64,000 nt of DNA from Chiloscyllium plagiosum (taxonomy: Eukaryota), in NCBI RefSeq assembly GCF_004010195.1, contig NC_057749.1, forward strand, positions 25,966,599 through 26,030,598. Direction: 5' to 3'. The notes under the pieces were generated by a model that saw nothing but the letters and a program-made list of their open reading frames with translations, ran no database searches and was not told the origin of the DNA. Below are positions 50,193 through 62,962 of the stretch, piece by piece. The first letter of the stretch is position 1, and every line of letters begins with the position of its first letter. The position numbers and the translations under genes were made by a program.

Positions 50193-50878
50193 ATTCTGGT
50201 CTCCTTCCTATCAGAAGGATGTTGTGAAACTTGAAAGGGTTCAGAAAAAATTTACAAGGATGTTAAAAAGCACTAGCTTTCGGAGCGACGCTCCTTCATC
50301 AGATGGTTGTCCTGAAGAAGGATCAGCGCTCCGAAAGCTAGTGTGCTTCCAATTAAACCTGTTGGACTATAAACCTGGTGTTGTGTGATTTTTAACTTTG
50401 TACACCCCAGTCCAACACCGGCATCTCCAAATCATGACAAGGATTTGAGCTATAGGGAGAGGCTGAATAGGCTGGGGGCTACTTTCCCTGGAGCATCGGA
50501 GGCCTTACAGAGATTTATAAAATCATGAGGGGCATGGATAGGATAAATAGACAAAGTCCTTTCCCTGGCATGGGGGTGTCCAGAACTTGAGGGTGTAGGT
50601 TTAAGTTGAGAGGGGAAAGATATAAAAGGGACCTAATGGGCAACTTTTTCATTCAGAGGGTGGTGCGTATATGGAGGACTGCCAGAGGAAGTGGTGGAGG
50701 CTGGTACAGTTACAGCATTTAAAAGGCACCTGGATGGGTATATGAATGGGAAGGGTTTAGAGGGATATGGGCCAAATGCTGGCATATGGGCTGAGATTAG
50801 GTTGGGATATCTGGTTGGCAAGAACGAGTTGGACTGAAGGGTCTGTTTCCGCGCTGTACATATCTATGACTCTCTGAC
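50193..50878 (+). mobile_element. HER1/CR1 3' fragment split by a family B hairpin (50265-50436)
   Basis: CR1 ORF2 end and UTR; acaaggat duplication. Confidence 0.9.
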
Positions 50879-51574
50879 TCTTTTCCCTGAGGATTAAAGA
50901 GAAATGGAGGATGAACTGAAATGAGAAGGACAACCAAAAGCTAGATCATGATGGCTCAGTGCTTAGCACTGCTGCTTCACTGCACCAGGGGACCGGGTTT
51001 AATTCCAGCTTCAGGTAACTGATTATGTGGACATGTTCTCTCCGTGTCTGCGTGGGCCTCCTCCAAGTGTCACAGTTTCCCTCTCAATGCAAAGATGTGC
51101 TGGTTAGGTGGATTGACCATGTTAAATTGCTCATTGTAGCAGAAAGTAAGGTCTGCAGCTAGTGGAGATCAGAGTCAAAAGGTGTGGTGATGGAAAAGCA
51201 CAGCCGGTCAGGCAGCATCCAAGGAGCCAGCAGCATTGATGTTTCCAACATAAACTCTTCATCAGGAGGAGCTTATGCTTGAAACATTGACTCTCCTGCT
51301 CCTCAGATGCTGCCTAACCGGCTGTGCTTTTCCAGCACCACACTTTTTGACTCAAAATTGCTCTTAGGGTCCAAGGATATGTAGGTTTGGTGAATTAGCC
51401 ATGGGAAATGCAGGGTTACAAGGATAGGGTAAGGTGGGATGAATGCTCTTCAGAGGGGTGGCATGGGCTGATTGACCTGCTTCTGTATTGGCAGGGTTCT
51501 ATGAAAATGGTATGTTTTAACCTGAAGGGCAAGGATGGAGCTAGAGAGCAAATTTTTTTTTTAACAGTGGTTCC

Positions 51575-51900
51575 TAAGATGTGGTTGTGTCTGGTAAAGC
51601 CTAATTTTCTTTGGAGATGGTGATAGTGAGGCACCCTCTTGAGCTGCTGCAGTCCATGTGGAGCAGGTTCATCCACAGTGCAGTTAGCAAGGGAGGAATT
51701 TGCTCTGGTGATAGTGGGACGTTTCCAAGTCAGGATGGTGACTTGTAGGTGGTGATGTTCCCATGAGCCTGCTGCCCTTGACCTTCTAGATGGCAGAGGT
51801 CGCAGATTTGTTAAGTGATGCCAAAGGAGCCATGGTGAATTTTGGCAGTGCACCTTCTAGATGGTACACTGTGCCGCCAATGTGCAGTGGGGGTGGATGT
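51575..51900 (-). mobile_element. LINE-B 3' fragment (another at ~58255-58415)
   Basis: Matches 17085-17380. Confidence 0.7.
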
Positions 51901-54211
51901 ATTTAAGTAGAACACGTGTGACCAATACCTACCCTAACCATTTCCATGATGCAGCCCCAAAGTAACTGGTGAACAATTAAGGGAAAAGCAGCCAATTGTG
52001 TTCGTATAGCTTTCATTAATGGACATGCAGCACCCAATGAGAGGCAAGAGGCAACTGCCATTTAGTCAGTGACAAAATCCATCAGCCACAGCTTCCTGCA
52101 CAGTTTCCAATATAGCACCGTCAATCTAACCCATCTTTCATGGTAAAACCCTCTCTTTTCCAAACAGGACATTTAATTCATAAGTCAAGGTAGACATCTT
52201 AAATATCTGGGACTTGTCTGATTATATGCTTTTCTGGTCTGCTCTGAAAGGCGAGAGAAGAGATCTTGACAGAGCGTTAAAAAATTGGCTACTTTAGGAT
52301 CCTGAGAATTGTGGGAAGGGTTGCGTTGGCTTTATAGACTTTCCCCTTGGGGAGAATCGAGGACCAGAGAGCATTATCTCGAAAACGGGATCACAAATTT
52401 AAGACAGAGATGAGATATTGCTCAGTTGGCAATGAATCTGTGGAAGCTTTTACCACAGAGGGCTGTCGAGGCTGGGCCATTAAGCATATTTGAGGCAAAG
52501 AAAGACTGGTGTTCATTCAGAAAGGTTACCGAGTTAACTGACAAGGGTTAAAAGGCAGGAAAGTAGGGTTGAGGATTTTCAGATCAACCATGATCTCATT
52601 AATGGTGGAGCAGACTCGATGGACTGAAATGCCTATTTCTGCTCCTATATCTTAAGATCTTATGGATCCACAAATTTGCCAAATGGCTTGGTCAACGTAA
52701 TACTTGATAGCATTGTTGCATCTTTAGGAAATAACTTTTATTTACCGTACTTAGCATTGTTAGAGGAGAAGTGATGTTGTAATCCAGAGGTCCAGGGATG
52801 TTCCCTGGGGTCATGGGTTCAAATTCTACCAGGGCAGCTGGTGAGATTTAAATTGAATTAATAAATCTGGAATTTAAACCTAGACTGTGTGACAGCGGCC
52901 ATGAAACTGTTATTAACTGTGGTTAAAATCCATTGGTTCAAAAGGGCCCGGGTTTGAGGGATGGGCAGCAAATGCTGGACCAGCTCGAGAATGAAAAAAA
53001 TGAATATTTCACAATTTTGAGATGCCCCCTGATGCAGGGCAAGGAGGACAGGAGTGTAAAAAGTGAGAAATGCCAAAACAGAAACTGAATGCTACAGAAC
53101 ACAGAACAAATAAAATTAACCTGGACAAGCGATAGAGAGTAGGGTTAAGAGTGAAATATATCCTTATAAAGAATTAGTGCAGCTCAGATAGTTTAACTGT
53201 AAGGGAGCAGTGAGCAGTTCATAAGGTTCAGAGGCCACTGGAATTGATCAAGATAGTCATGCGAGCATTAATAATAAGGGAAAGCTTGGGTGCTAGGAGT
53301 AGATGGTGGGGGCAGCCAAGCTCAGAAGATATCACGGATGTGGAAGTCCTGTGAAATTAGAGAACTCACAAGAAAATAAACTGCATTCTGTTTTTGCAGT
53401 AAATGTCTGAATAAAGTTTATTTTGCACCAATGTTACCATTGTGAGGCAAAAACGTTTAAATGTGTTGTTTGGAGCGTTAAATGGCCGAGTGTCTTGGAG
53501 CTTGACTCTGAGGTCTCTCCCACACTGTGTTGGTACAAGGTTGAATAAAGACCACTTTGTTACGACTCACTCAGGCTGAAGATTCTATTTGTCTAATTCC
53601 CTCCAACACTCCCAAGGAACTTGATAGGCAATTAAATCCTTTTATAAAAAGTTTAATCATGGTTGTTAATGCAGGAAACACAGCCGCCAATTTTCACGCA
53701 GTGGGGTGTCCCATGATGGTGAGCAGATTTGGTTTTGCTGAGGATAAACATTAATCGGGACACTGGGGAGAACTCTCCTGGTCTTGCTCAAACTAGTGCC
53801 ATGGGATCTTTTACACATGTAAGGCAGTCAGCGAGTTTTGTTCAAAAGGCAGCACCTCTGACAGTAGATCACTGACCCTGGAACATCTGCATGGTGTTAT
53901 GGCAAATGGAGATATTATGGTAAATGGCCAAACAAATTATTTCTGAACTGGACACTGGGAGAGGTGTATTAATTGTTTCAAATGCTTCCCCATGGTTGTG
54001 AATTGAAGTCTTCAGGCTGTCTTCCATTCAACCTTGGAGTTCAGGCAACATTAAGATCAGTGAAAAAGGTGGGTACCTATCACCTGATGAAGGTCTCTTG
54101 ATCGAAACATCGATTCTTCTGCTCCTTGGATGCTGCCCGACCTGCTGTGCTTTTCCAGCATCACACTCTCGACTCTAATCTCCAGCATCTGCAGTCCTCA
54201 TTTTCACCTAC

Positions 54212-54246
54212 CACCTGATGAAGGAGCAGCGCTCCGAAAGCTAGTG
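54212..54246 (+). ncRNA. Minimal type-I hammerhead ribozyme motif (family B)
   Basis: CAC-CTGATGA-A-GGAGC-AGC-GCTCC-GAAA-GC-TA/GTG: stem I CAC:GTG, palindromic AGCT stem III. Confidence 0.75.
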
Positions 54247-56649
54247 CTTCCAAATAAGCCTGTTGGACTATAACCTGGTGTTGTGTGATTTTTAACTTTG
54301 TCCACCCCAGTCCAACACTGGCACCTCCACATCATGGAATAGAGATTGTAAAGACTGTGTGTATTATTCCAAGCCAAATTAAATAGAACTGCCACACAGA
54401 ACTATGAACATTTTTTATGCAACATTTGTAGCAGAGACTGAGGTTGGCTCGTTGCCCAGTCAGACAGACTGTTGAAGCGCATCCCAAGGATCATTGGTGG
54501 ATATATCTTGCTTTGAAGAATGGCCAAAAGAGGCAGGAACAGAATACTCCAAGGACAATGATGCCCTGAAGCAAGATGTTGCCAATTCTGATTTGTTTCT
54601 TCACAAAACACTGGAAAACAAGGATATTATGACAGAGACAGAGGATCCTTTGATTTGATTAAAGTGCCAGTGATGGGAACTCTTATGAGAAATCCCAGTG
54701 GAAGCAATACTTGACTGAACACATTACATGTAGTAACCATTACAAGCAGCAGCCAAAAAGACCAGGAGCAAAGCGATTCCTAACTCACAAGTAAGTTATC
54801 TTAAAGCAGCAATGCAGTTCCAACCGCATGCCAGAGGCACACTAGAGAGATATTTCAATCTACACTTACAGAGCATAGAAATATAGAGAACAGGAGCAAA
54901 GGTAGGCCACGAAGGGCTTATGTCCGAAATGTTGATTGTCCTGCTCGTCGGATGCTGCCTGACCTGCCGTGCTTTTCCAGCACCACAATTTTCAACTCAG
55001 ACACTCCAGCATCTGCAGTCCTCACTTTCTCCTAGCCCTTTGAGCTTGCTCCACCATTCAGTATGATCATGGCTGATCATCCAACTCGGTCTGCTCCCCC
55101 TTTAATCCCTTTAGCCCACATTTTTTCTTAAAAATATTCAATGTTTAAGCTTTGACCACACTCTTGACAGAGAACTCTGCAGGCTCACCATTCTCTTTGT
55201 GAAGAAATTACACTTTATTGACACAAATACAAGGGAAAAGCATTCAGATGAGAATCAAAATGACCTTGATCTGATCAAAGTTCAACAAGACTTGCAAAAA
55301 TCTAATAGAGGCTGCTGTAGAGAAATAATCTGAGGAACATCTTCACTCATTTGTCCTTCCTGGCACCATTGAACCTCTTGCCATGACAGTTCCTGATGCT
55401 GAGGTTGACCCTTCAAGAAAGTCAAGATTAGAGTGGTGCTGGAAAAGCACAGCCGGTTAGGCAGCATCTGAGGAGCAGGAAAATTGACATTTCGGGCAGG
55501 ACTCCTTCATCAGGAATCAAGGAAGTCTACAGACCAAGTCACTACCCATTCTTATAATGTTAAAAATCACATAACTCCAGGTTATAGTCCAACAGGTTTA
55601 TTTGGAAGTGCAAATAATCCTGTTGGACTATAACCCGGTGTTGCATGATTTTTAAATTTGCACCCCCCCATTCGAACACTGGCACCTCCATATCATATTT
55701 GCAATAGCATAACTCTACTTTCTCAGAGCTGTGAAGAGGTCATTTTCTGTATTCCCTGCAGCAGTTGGTGTTGCACTACCTATGGAGAAAGTTGTACTGG
55801 AGTGGAAAAGTCTTCACTTCCTCACCTCCATAGCTGTCTTCAGGATGCCTTTTATGCTCTTTTCTTTATCTTTAAGGTGCATCCAGATCAGGAAGCAATA
55901 CAGAATGACCAGACAATGTGAATTTCACTTTCCTCATCCCTCTATCAAGAGGCAGGGATCTTCCAAGTCCTGGAGCTTTCTTTTTGCCCTTTGACCTTCA
56001 CCACTGTGACATTAATGTCTTCATAAGCATCACAGCCCAACAACAAGCCATTGTCAGAAGCTGCCACTTCACCCCACTAATGTGATCACCTCCCTTGGGA
56101 GTGATAAACAGATCATGTCGAAAATTGTTGAGAATGTTGTTGGAAATTAGATTTTTTTCCAATTAGATTCCCTACAGTGTGGAAACAGGCCCTTCGACCC
56201 AACAAGTCCACACCGACCCTCTGAAGAGTAACCCAGCCAGAACCATTTCTTTCTGACTAATGCACCTAACACTATGGGCAATTTAGCATGGCCAATTCAC
56301 CTGACCTGCACATCTTTGGACTGTGGGAGAAAACCAGAGCACCCAGAGGAAACCCACACAGACATGGAATGTACAAACTCCACATAGACAGTCACCCAAG
56401 GCCAGAATCAAACCTGGGATCCTGGTGCTGTGAGGCAGCAGTGCTAACCACTGAGACACCATTCCTCAAGCAAAAAAAAAAATAGTTGTAGGGGTGAGGA
56501 AGGAATTCAGATAGAAGAGTTCAATATCCAATGTTAAAAGAAAACTGGAAAGGTTCTTGGGGGAGATGCAGAATCAAGGAAATTTTACTCTAATTATAGA
56601 TACTGTGCATGTATAAAAGGAGCCATACCTTGGTGATATCAGATCATAT

Positions 56650-56935
56650 TTGGGAGATGATCCAGGTAACGTTCTGAGGACTTGGGTTCAAATCTCGCCA
56701 CGGCATTTGAGTTCAATAAAAATCTGGAATTAGTAGTCTAATGATGACCATGAATCCCATTGTTGGACAAACCCATCCGGTTCACTAATGCCCTTCAGGG
56801 AAGGCAATTGTCATCCTTACTTGATCTGGCCTACATGTGACTCCAGATCACAGCAATGTGGTTGACTCTGAGCAATTAGGGCAGAGCAATAAATGTAGGC
56901 CGAGCCAAAGACACTCTCATCCTGTCAATAACAAA
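56650..56935 (+). mobile_element. SINE-B; other copies at ~38090-38372 (-), 40865-41165 (-), 45300-45478 (-), 46595-46750 (-), 52762-52985 (+)
   Basis: B-box gggttcaaatc, body ggcctacatgtgactccaga..gtggttgactct and LINE-B tail gcaataaatg. Confidence 0.75.
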
Positions 56936-57672
56936 AACATGGAACTGGTTCCAGCTAAGGTGCTCTCTAACCATCCTATACTTACGTTCAATAAAGCTTG
57001 CTGCTGCACAAGAACTTAAGTCTCAACTTAACATGTCACTGTTCTTCCCTCAGGAACAGGCATCTCATGCATTTATTTAACATGATTAAAACCTTTTTTT
57101 GAAAAAAACATCTGTTATTTCAACACTTGTCATGAGGAAACAGAGCTAGTGAGCTCAGCAGGCTATTATTCAACCTTGATGTGAAATATTAAAGGTTAAG
57201 CTGATCCCGACAGCCACAGGAAATGACACAGTAAAAACAATCAGCTAGGAACATTTATTTTTCTTATCCTAAGTGTAAGAATCTTATGCTATTTCGACCA
57301 CCTTATAAAAATATTTTATTCACTTATGTCACTGGCTGAGCCAGCATTTATTGCCCATCCCTAGTTGCTCTTGAGAGCCAATTGCTTCAGTTGCAATAAA
57401 TTAACTTGGTGATCACAGTAAATAATGCTAATGTTTCTGACTTGGCTGCTCTCTGAATAAGGAATTGAGGATAACAGGGAGGATCCTGGTCTGTTTCATT
57501 TCCCGCAGAAATGGTGCTCAGCCTCTAGATGTCACTATTGCGCTTGAGCATAAAGGCAGGTCTGTACCATCTGACAATATAAATATAGAAAGTGACATGA
57601 CCAAACTTATGACACCCTTGGTTACTTTTAATTTTCTAAGTTGCATCAAATTATTCCATTCCATTTTAAAAC

Positions 57673-57675
<3 letters not shown>

Positions 57676-57714
<39 letters not shown>
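57676..57714. repeat. (TA)n microsatellite within an imperfect tandem duplication (57672-57751 / 57785-57836)
   Basis: Read directly; gctaattattct..acatcttag.cagagt occurs twice. Confidence 0.9.
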
Positions 57715-57717
<3 letters not shown>

Positions 57718-58787
57718 CGCTAATTATTCTATTGGACATCTTAGCCAGAGTTCAATACACCTAGGGAATTTTTTTTTCGAATTGCATTTATATATATGCT
57801 AATGCTAATTATTCTCTTCAACATCTTAGTCAGAGTACATTAAAAATTTTGCAATTTCTTCTAACTATAAGAACAAAGTTAAACTTACCACAGCTTTGAA
57901 TGTGCTCTGCTAGTTCTTGCTTAACTCAGAATCTGAGGAGGAAATAGAATTACTTAGTAGGAACAATTATCTTTTCAGATACATTTCCTCCTTTGTCTGT
58001 TACATTCAGCATATATTCAACTTCTACCACACCACTCAAATGTATTGCATAATCAGCATTTTTTTTCTCTTCTTTTAATCTGCCTCCATCAAGATTTCTC
58101 GTTTTGTTCCAGATAAAGAGTGAAAGAATGGGAAAGGGTGCCATATTTACTTAGGAGATGATCCTGGAGGTCTTCAAGAAAAGCATCTATATGTTGCTTG
58201 TTTTGCAAGGTAGAGTGTGAAAAGAAAAGTTCTTGAAAGAAATTGGATGGGTTCTTTTCATCATGGGATGAGGAGTGATGCTGGCTGGGCCAACACTTGT
58301 TGTTCATTCATAATTGCCCTTGAGAAGGTGGTGGTGATGAGTCATCTTCTTGAACCGCTGCGGTCTGCCTTTGGGTGGAGATACACCCAGAACGCTGTTA
58401 CAGGGGGAATTCTCCTGAGGCAACCAGCTTACAGGGCTTGGATGATGAGACAGTGGAATGTGATTAGACTGGATTGTTCCATAAAGAGCTAGCATGTACT
58501 GAATGGCCAAATAGCCTCCTCTGTGCAAAACGATTCTACAGTTCTAAGAATTCAAGCTGTGGTTCCATGAAAACCCAGAAACCTTAGACAGTAATGTTCA
58601 ACATGAGCAATCAACACTTGGTGAGCCATCAACAGAAGTTCAGTATTGCATTCCAATAAACTTCAGATATTTTCCAATTAACTTGTTCAGCAGTTATTAC
58701 ATTTGAACCCAGACTAGAGGTAGAGACACAACCACTGTGCCACAAGACCCCTATCCTTGGTAAACTCTTTAAATGAGGAATATAAAT

Positions 58788-59746
58788 GGGTGAAATCTGG
58801 CTGCATTGACTTTACTTGACCATTGAGCCTTTTATTGTAAACTGACTCCGATTTTTATTTGGGGAGTAAATTAGATTTCGAACTTGTTTACGTTAAGTTG
58901 CGATTCAAGTGGCACAGATTGCTTTCTGAAAAAAATTTAGCGCAGAATTAAATACAGCAGAGCCTTTAGTGCCATTTGCTATTAGCGAGACTGGTCTCAG
59001 CTTGTTCAAGCAGTCCAATGTGTTGCTTAGCAAGTTGCTGCATCTTATCTGGTAACGATGCAGGAAAGGGAATGGGCAACTGAATCTCAGAAAAGTAGTT
59101 TCCTTTCATCAAACTGAAAGATTGAGACAGCAATTGAACATGCACTGAGGAGGAAGTGTACATTCGAGTGTGTGAAGTTAGTGACAAATCAGGTTTAGAA
59201 AAAACACATAAAAGGCAGAATTGTATCAAGAGGAAAGCGACAAGTAAGAGAAGTAAAACTTTAACCTTTTAAAGAAATCTCCAATAACAAATAACACGTG
59301 AAGAGGTGAAATTCTACAATTTTACTAGTTAATTTTCAGTGCCAGAGAGGTTGATTGGACGTAATTATTGGTTGCCACATTACTAAAAGGGTCCTTCTGC
59401 TTATAATTATAGCATGTGACCCTCCATGATGTATGTAGCCTCTAGTAACTGTGGAAGAACCATTCTGGAGTGAGGTAGACAATGATAAGCCATATTTGCA
59501 AAGCCAGGTGTGAAATGGTGCAATTCTGGTAGCAACGACTGAGTAGTGGCACCTGCCCCTTGCCTGAAGCAGCTATGCCACTTATGTATAAATAACGACA
59601 AGTCCCACCAGCTGATATGTTGACTGCAACATCTGGAACATTACTTGTCTTCAACCTTCTTTGAGTTTCCTAACTCCAGGAATTGCAACGCAAAACGTTA
59701 CCTCCATATTCCTAAACTGTGCACAATCTCAATACAGATTTCACTA
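58788..59746. mobile_element. Possible old non-autonomous DNA transposon
   Basis: GGGTGAAATCTG (58788-58799) versus CAGATTTCAC (59735-59744) inverted termini; no clear TSD. Confidence 0.3.
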
Positions 59747-60931
59747 TAGACAGTTATTTAAGATTATCCAAGATTTTGAAATTAAGAAGTTATTTGTAAT
59801 GTAAGCCATGTAGAAGTTCTTCGATTATGATCAGGAGGTATGATTAAAAACCGAAGGAACTGTACAAACTGGGAATCAGAAACAAAGACAGAAATTGCTG
59901 TTAAATCTCAGTAGGTCTGGCAGCATCTATGGAGAGACAGCAGAGTTAGCCTTTTGGATCCAGTGGGTTTCTCTCCACAGATGCTGCCAGACTCGCTGAG
60001 TCTTCGTAGCAATTTCTGTTTTTTGTTTCAGGAGCTATGATTGTCTGCTTAGAATAATTTAAGGGGCAACCGTTTCACATTTGTAATCATTTTTGGACTA
60101 GATTGCAATCGAGCGAGTGAATCCAGACTTGGTTCATACTGAAAAAAAGGAAATGGATTGATATTTAAACTCAAAAGGGGATAGAGGGACTAGGCTTGTC
60201 ACTGTTAATTGTTTAGAAAGGTCTTGACAGCAAACCTTAAATGATAATCAGGGCTCAGGAAACGAGACTACCTTTTAACCACGCTACCCTGTTTCAAGAT
60301 CTCGTATAATCATTTTGTTTACGTGAGAGAGACCTTGATTTATGAAACCCCTTTCAGTGCAGTTGCATTGTATTATTATTATTCTAGCTACGATTATTAT
60401 TCTAGCTACTTTTCCGGACTGAAATAACTTCATTTTCCGGAAACTATAAGATTTACAGGAAAACATTTGCAAATTAATACGCACAGAAGCGGGTGCAATT
60501 TCCTTGCATTTTTATTTCACTCAGGCTTGTCAGGCTTTTTTTTTAATGAATTGCTAATTTCAAACATGCATGAGAACTTATTAAAGCATACACTTCAACA
60601 AAGTAACACAAACACACAGTGGACTGTGCTTACCTTTCCAGATGCAAACAACTGTGCATTCTTTTTCACATAATGATCCTCCAATGCTGCTGCATACCTT
60701 CGGTCAAAGCAACAACAATATTCTACACAGATGGAGAGATCCTTTGCCCTGCGAAAGCAAAGTTAAGCTTTCAAGTGTGTAGTAAACACTCACACTACCG
60801 GCCAGGAAGTCGCAAGAATAGGCAGCGCCTCACAGGGTAAGATAAGAGTCTTGCACGCCTCAAAGCAACAGTAGTACAGTTACATTAACTCAATACAAAC
60901 AGAGCCTGTGTCAGCCGCTTACTATAGCAGC

Positions 60932-61016
60932 CAGGCAGGAGGCTGGAAGAACACAGCAAGCCAGGCAGCATCGGGAGGTGAAGTCGATATTTCGGGTGTA
61001 ACCCTTCTTCAGGACT
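60932..61016 (-). mobile_element. PLE family C 3' end with hammerhead motif (60982-61016); copies at 62873-62960 (+) and ~40556-40688 (-)
   Basis: AGTC-CTGAAGA-A-GGGT-TAC-ACCC-GAAA-TA-TC/GACT; TSD-like cttactatag / cttactgtag. Confidence 0.7.
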
Positions 61017-62962
61017 CTTACTGTAGGGAAGCAGGAAGCCAGTTTACTTCTTAACCCAGCCCGAGAGCCCTCCCTGACCAGAGGTATGTTTTGAGTTATA
61101 ATTCAAATGCAGTCAGTAGCTATTATTTTCCTTGCAAATCTGACTTCTGACTTCTTCACTGCATTTTATACTTGTGTACTAATCTGAAATGATGAAATAG
61201 CAGGTGATGTCACCCGGTCTGGGCTGACAGCCAAGTAAAACAGAACAGGGCTAACCATGCAAGAATTACAGACATGTAGGTGGACAAAAGCAAGATAAAA
61301 GAACCTCTGGCAGATTTGAGGATTATTGCACAGTTGTTTAAAAATGATACTTAAAAGGACTTTGGGTAACTAGAAAATTGTTCAGCCAGCTTTGAACTAC
61401 CAGAGGGTAAACATTGCAAAGTAAATTTCAAAAAACATCAACAACAGTGCTTATTTACCAAAAGCAGAGTCTTAGCTTGACATCTCGATTGATTTAATCA
61501 CCTTATTAAACAATGGCATTATATTAAAAGCAGACCAGTGCTTGTATTGTTGAACTATGTCCTAATAAAGATGTTCTGTGACACTAATTAAACTTGACAG
61601 CACAAGAAACCACACCACTCCTCATTGTAACAAGCAAGATTTGACATGTAACGATCAGAACTTTAATGTTGGCAGTGCTCCCAGTGGTGGGGGTTGATGG
61701 GAACAAAGTTATTTTGATATTCATGGACAACACAGGCTGAGTGTACCAACCCAAATGCTACCTCTACAATGTAGGGTTCTGCCATTCTCATTATATATTA
61801 TAGAGCAAGAGCAAATAAGGCATTCATTTGCAAACTAATGCCCAAAGTTATCTTTGCCCATGTGTCCATAGTGTCCAGGGACATGTAGGTTAGGTGGATT
61901 AGCCATGGGAAATGCAGCATTAGAGATTTAGGGTAGGGAGGTGGGTCTGGGTGGGATGCTCTTCAGAGAGCTAGTGTGGACTCAATGGGCCAAATGGCCT
62001 GCCTACACACTGTAGGGATTCTATGATTCTATGTCTTCTCCCCTTCCTTCTCCGCACATTACAAAGATGCAAGGTATTAATTGATTTCCAAATGAATCTG
62101 TGAGCCAATTTTTCATAGAATCCCTGCAGTGAGGAAGGAGGTCAATCATCCCATTGAGTCCACACCGACTCTCTAAAGAGCATCCCACCCAGACTCATAC
62201 CATAACCCTGCATTTCTCATGGCAAGCCCACCCACCCTGTACATCCCTAGACAATTTAACATGACCAATCCACCTAACCTGCACATCTTTGGACCATGGG
62301 GGGAAACCGGAGCACTTGGAGAAAACACAAGCAGACACAGGGAGAAAGTGCAAACTCCACACAGTCACCTGAGGGTGAATTGAACCCGAGTCCCTGGCAC
62401 TGTGCGGCAGCAGTGCTTATCACTGAGGCACCATGCCACCTACTTGACTTGTGTTCCTGTATACATATGCTAACTTGATAAAAGTGACTGGATAGCAATG
62501 CAGATTTTAAGTCTGGCCGATGGGAATGAAAACTTGGTGGGATGGTTGGGGCATTCGTATTCCTTCACACAAGAAACACTTACTGTCACTGAGAGCAGTG
62601 GAATATGTCTGGCCGGATCTCCACCCGTGCTGCAATTACCAGTCATTCAAGGCACGAAAAAATGTTGTTGTGAATTGCTTAAAAACCAGACTGACTTGTA
62701 TAAAATGTGTTAAACTGGACTGTACACAATATAAAGTGCAGTGAAGAAGTCAAAAGTCAGATTTGCAAGGAAAATAATAGCTACTGACTGCATTTGAATT
62801 ATAGCTCAAACATTCTCATCAGGGAGGGCTTTAGGGCTTTGTTAAAAAGTAATTTGGCTTCCTGCTTGTAAGAGTCCTGAAGAAAAGTTACACCCGAAAT
62901 GTCGACTTCTCCACCTCCTGATGCTGTCTGGCTTGCTGTGTTCTTCCAGCCTCCTGCCTGCC

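Noticed and set aside
55740..55925. Two strong plus-strand acceptor-like sites
   Set aside because: No convincing matching donor or recognisable reading frame.
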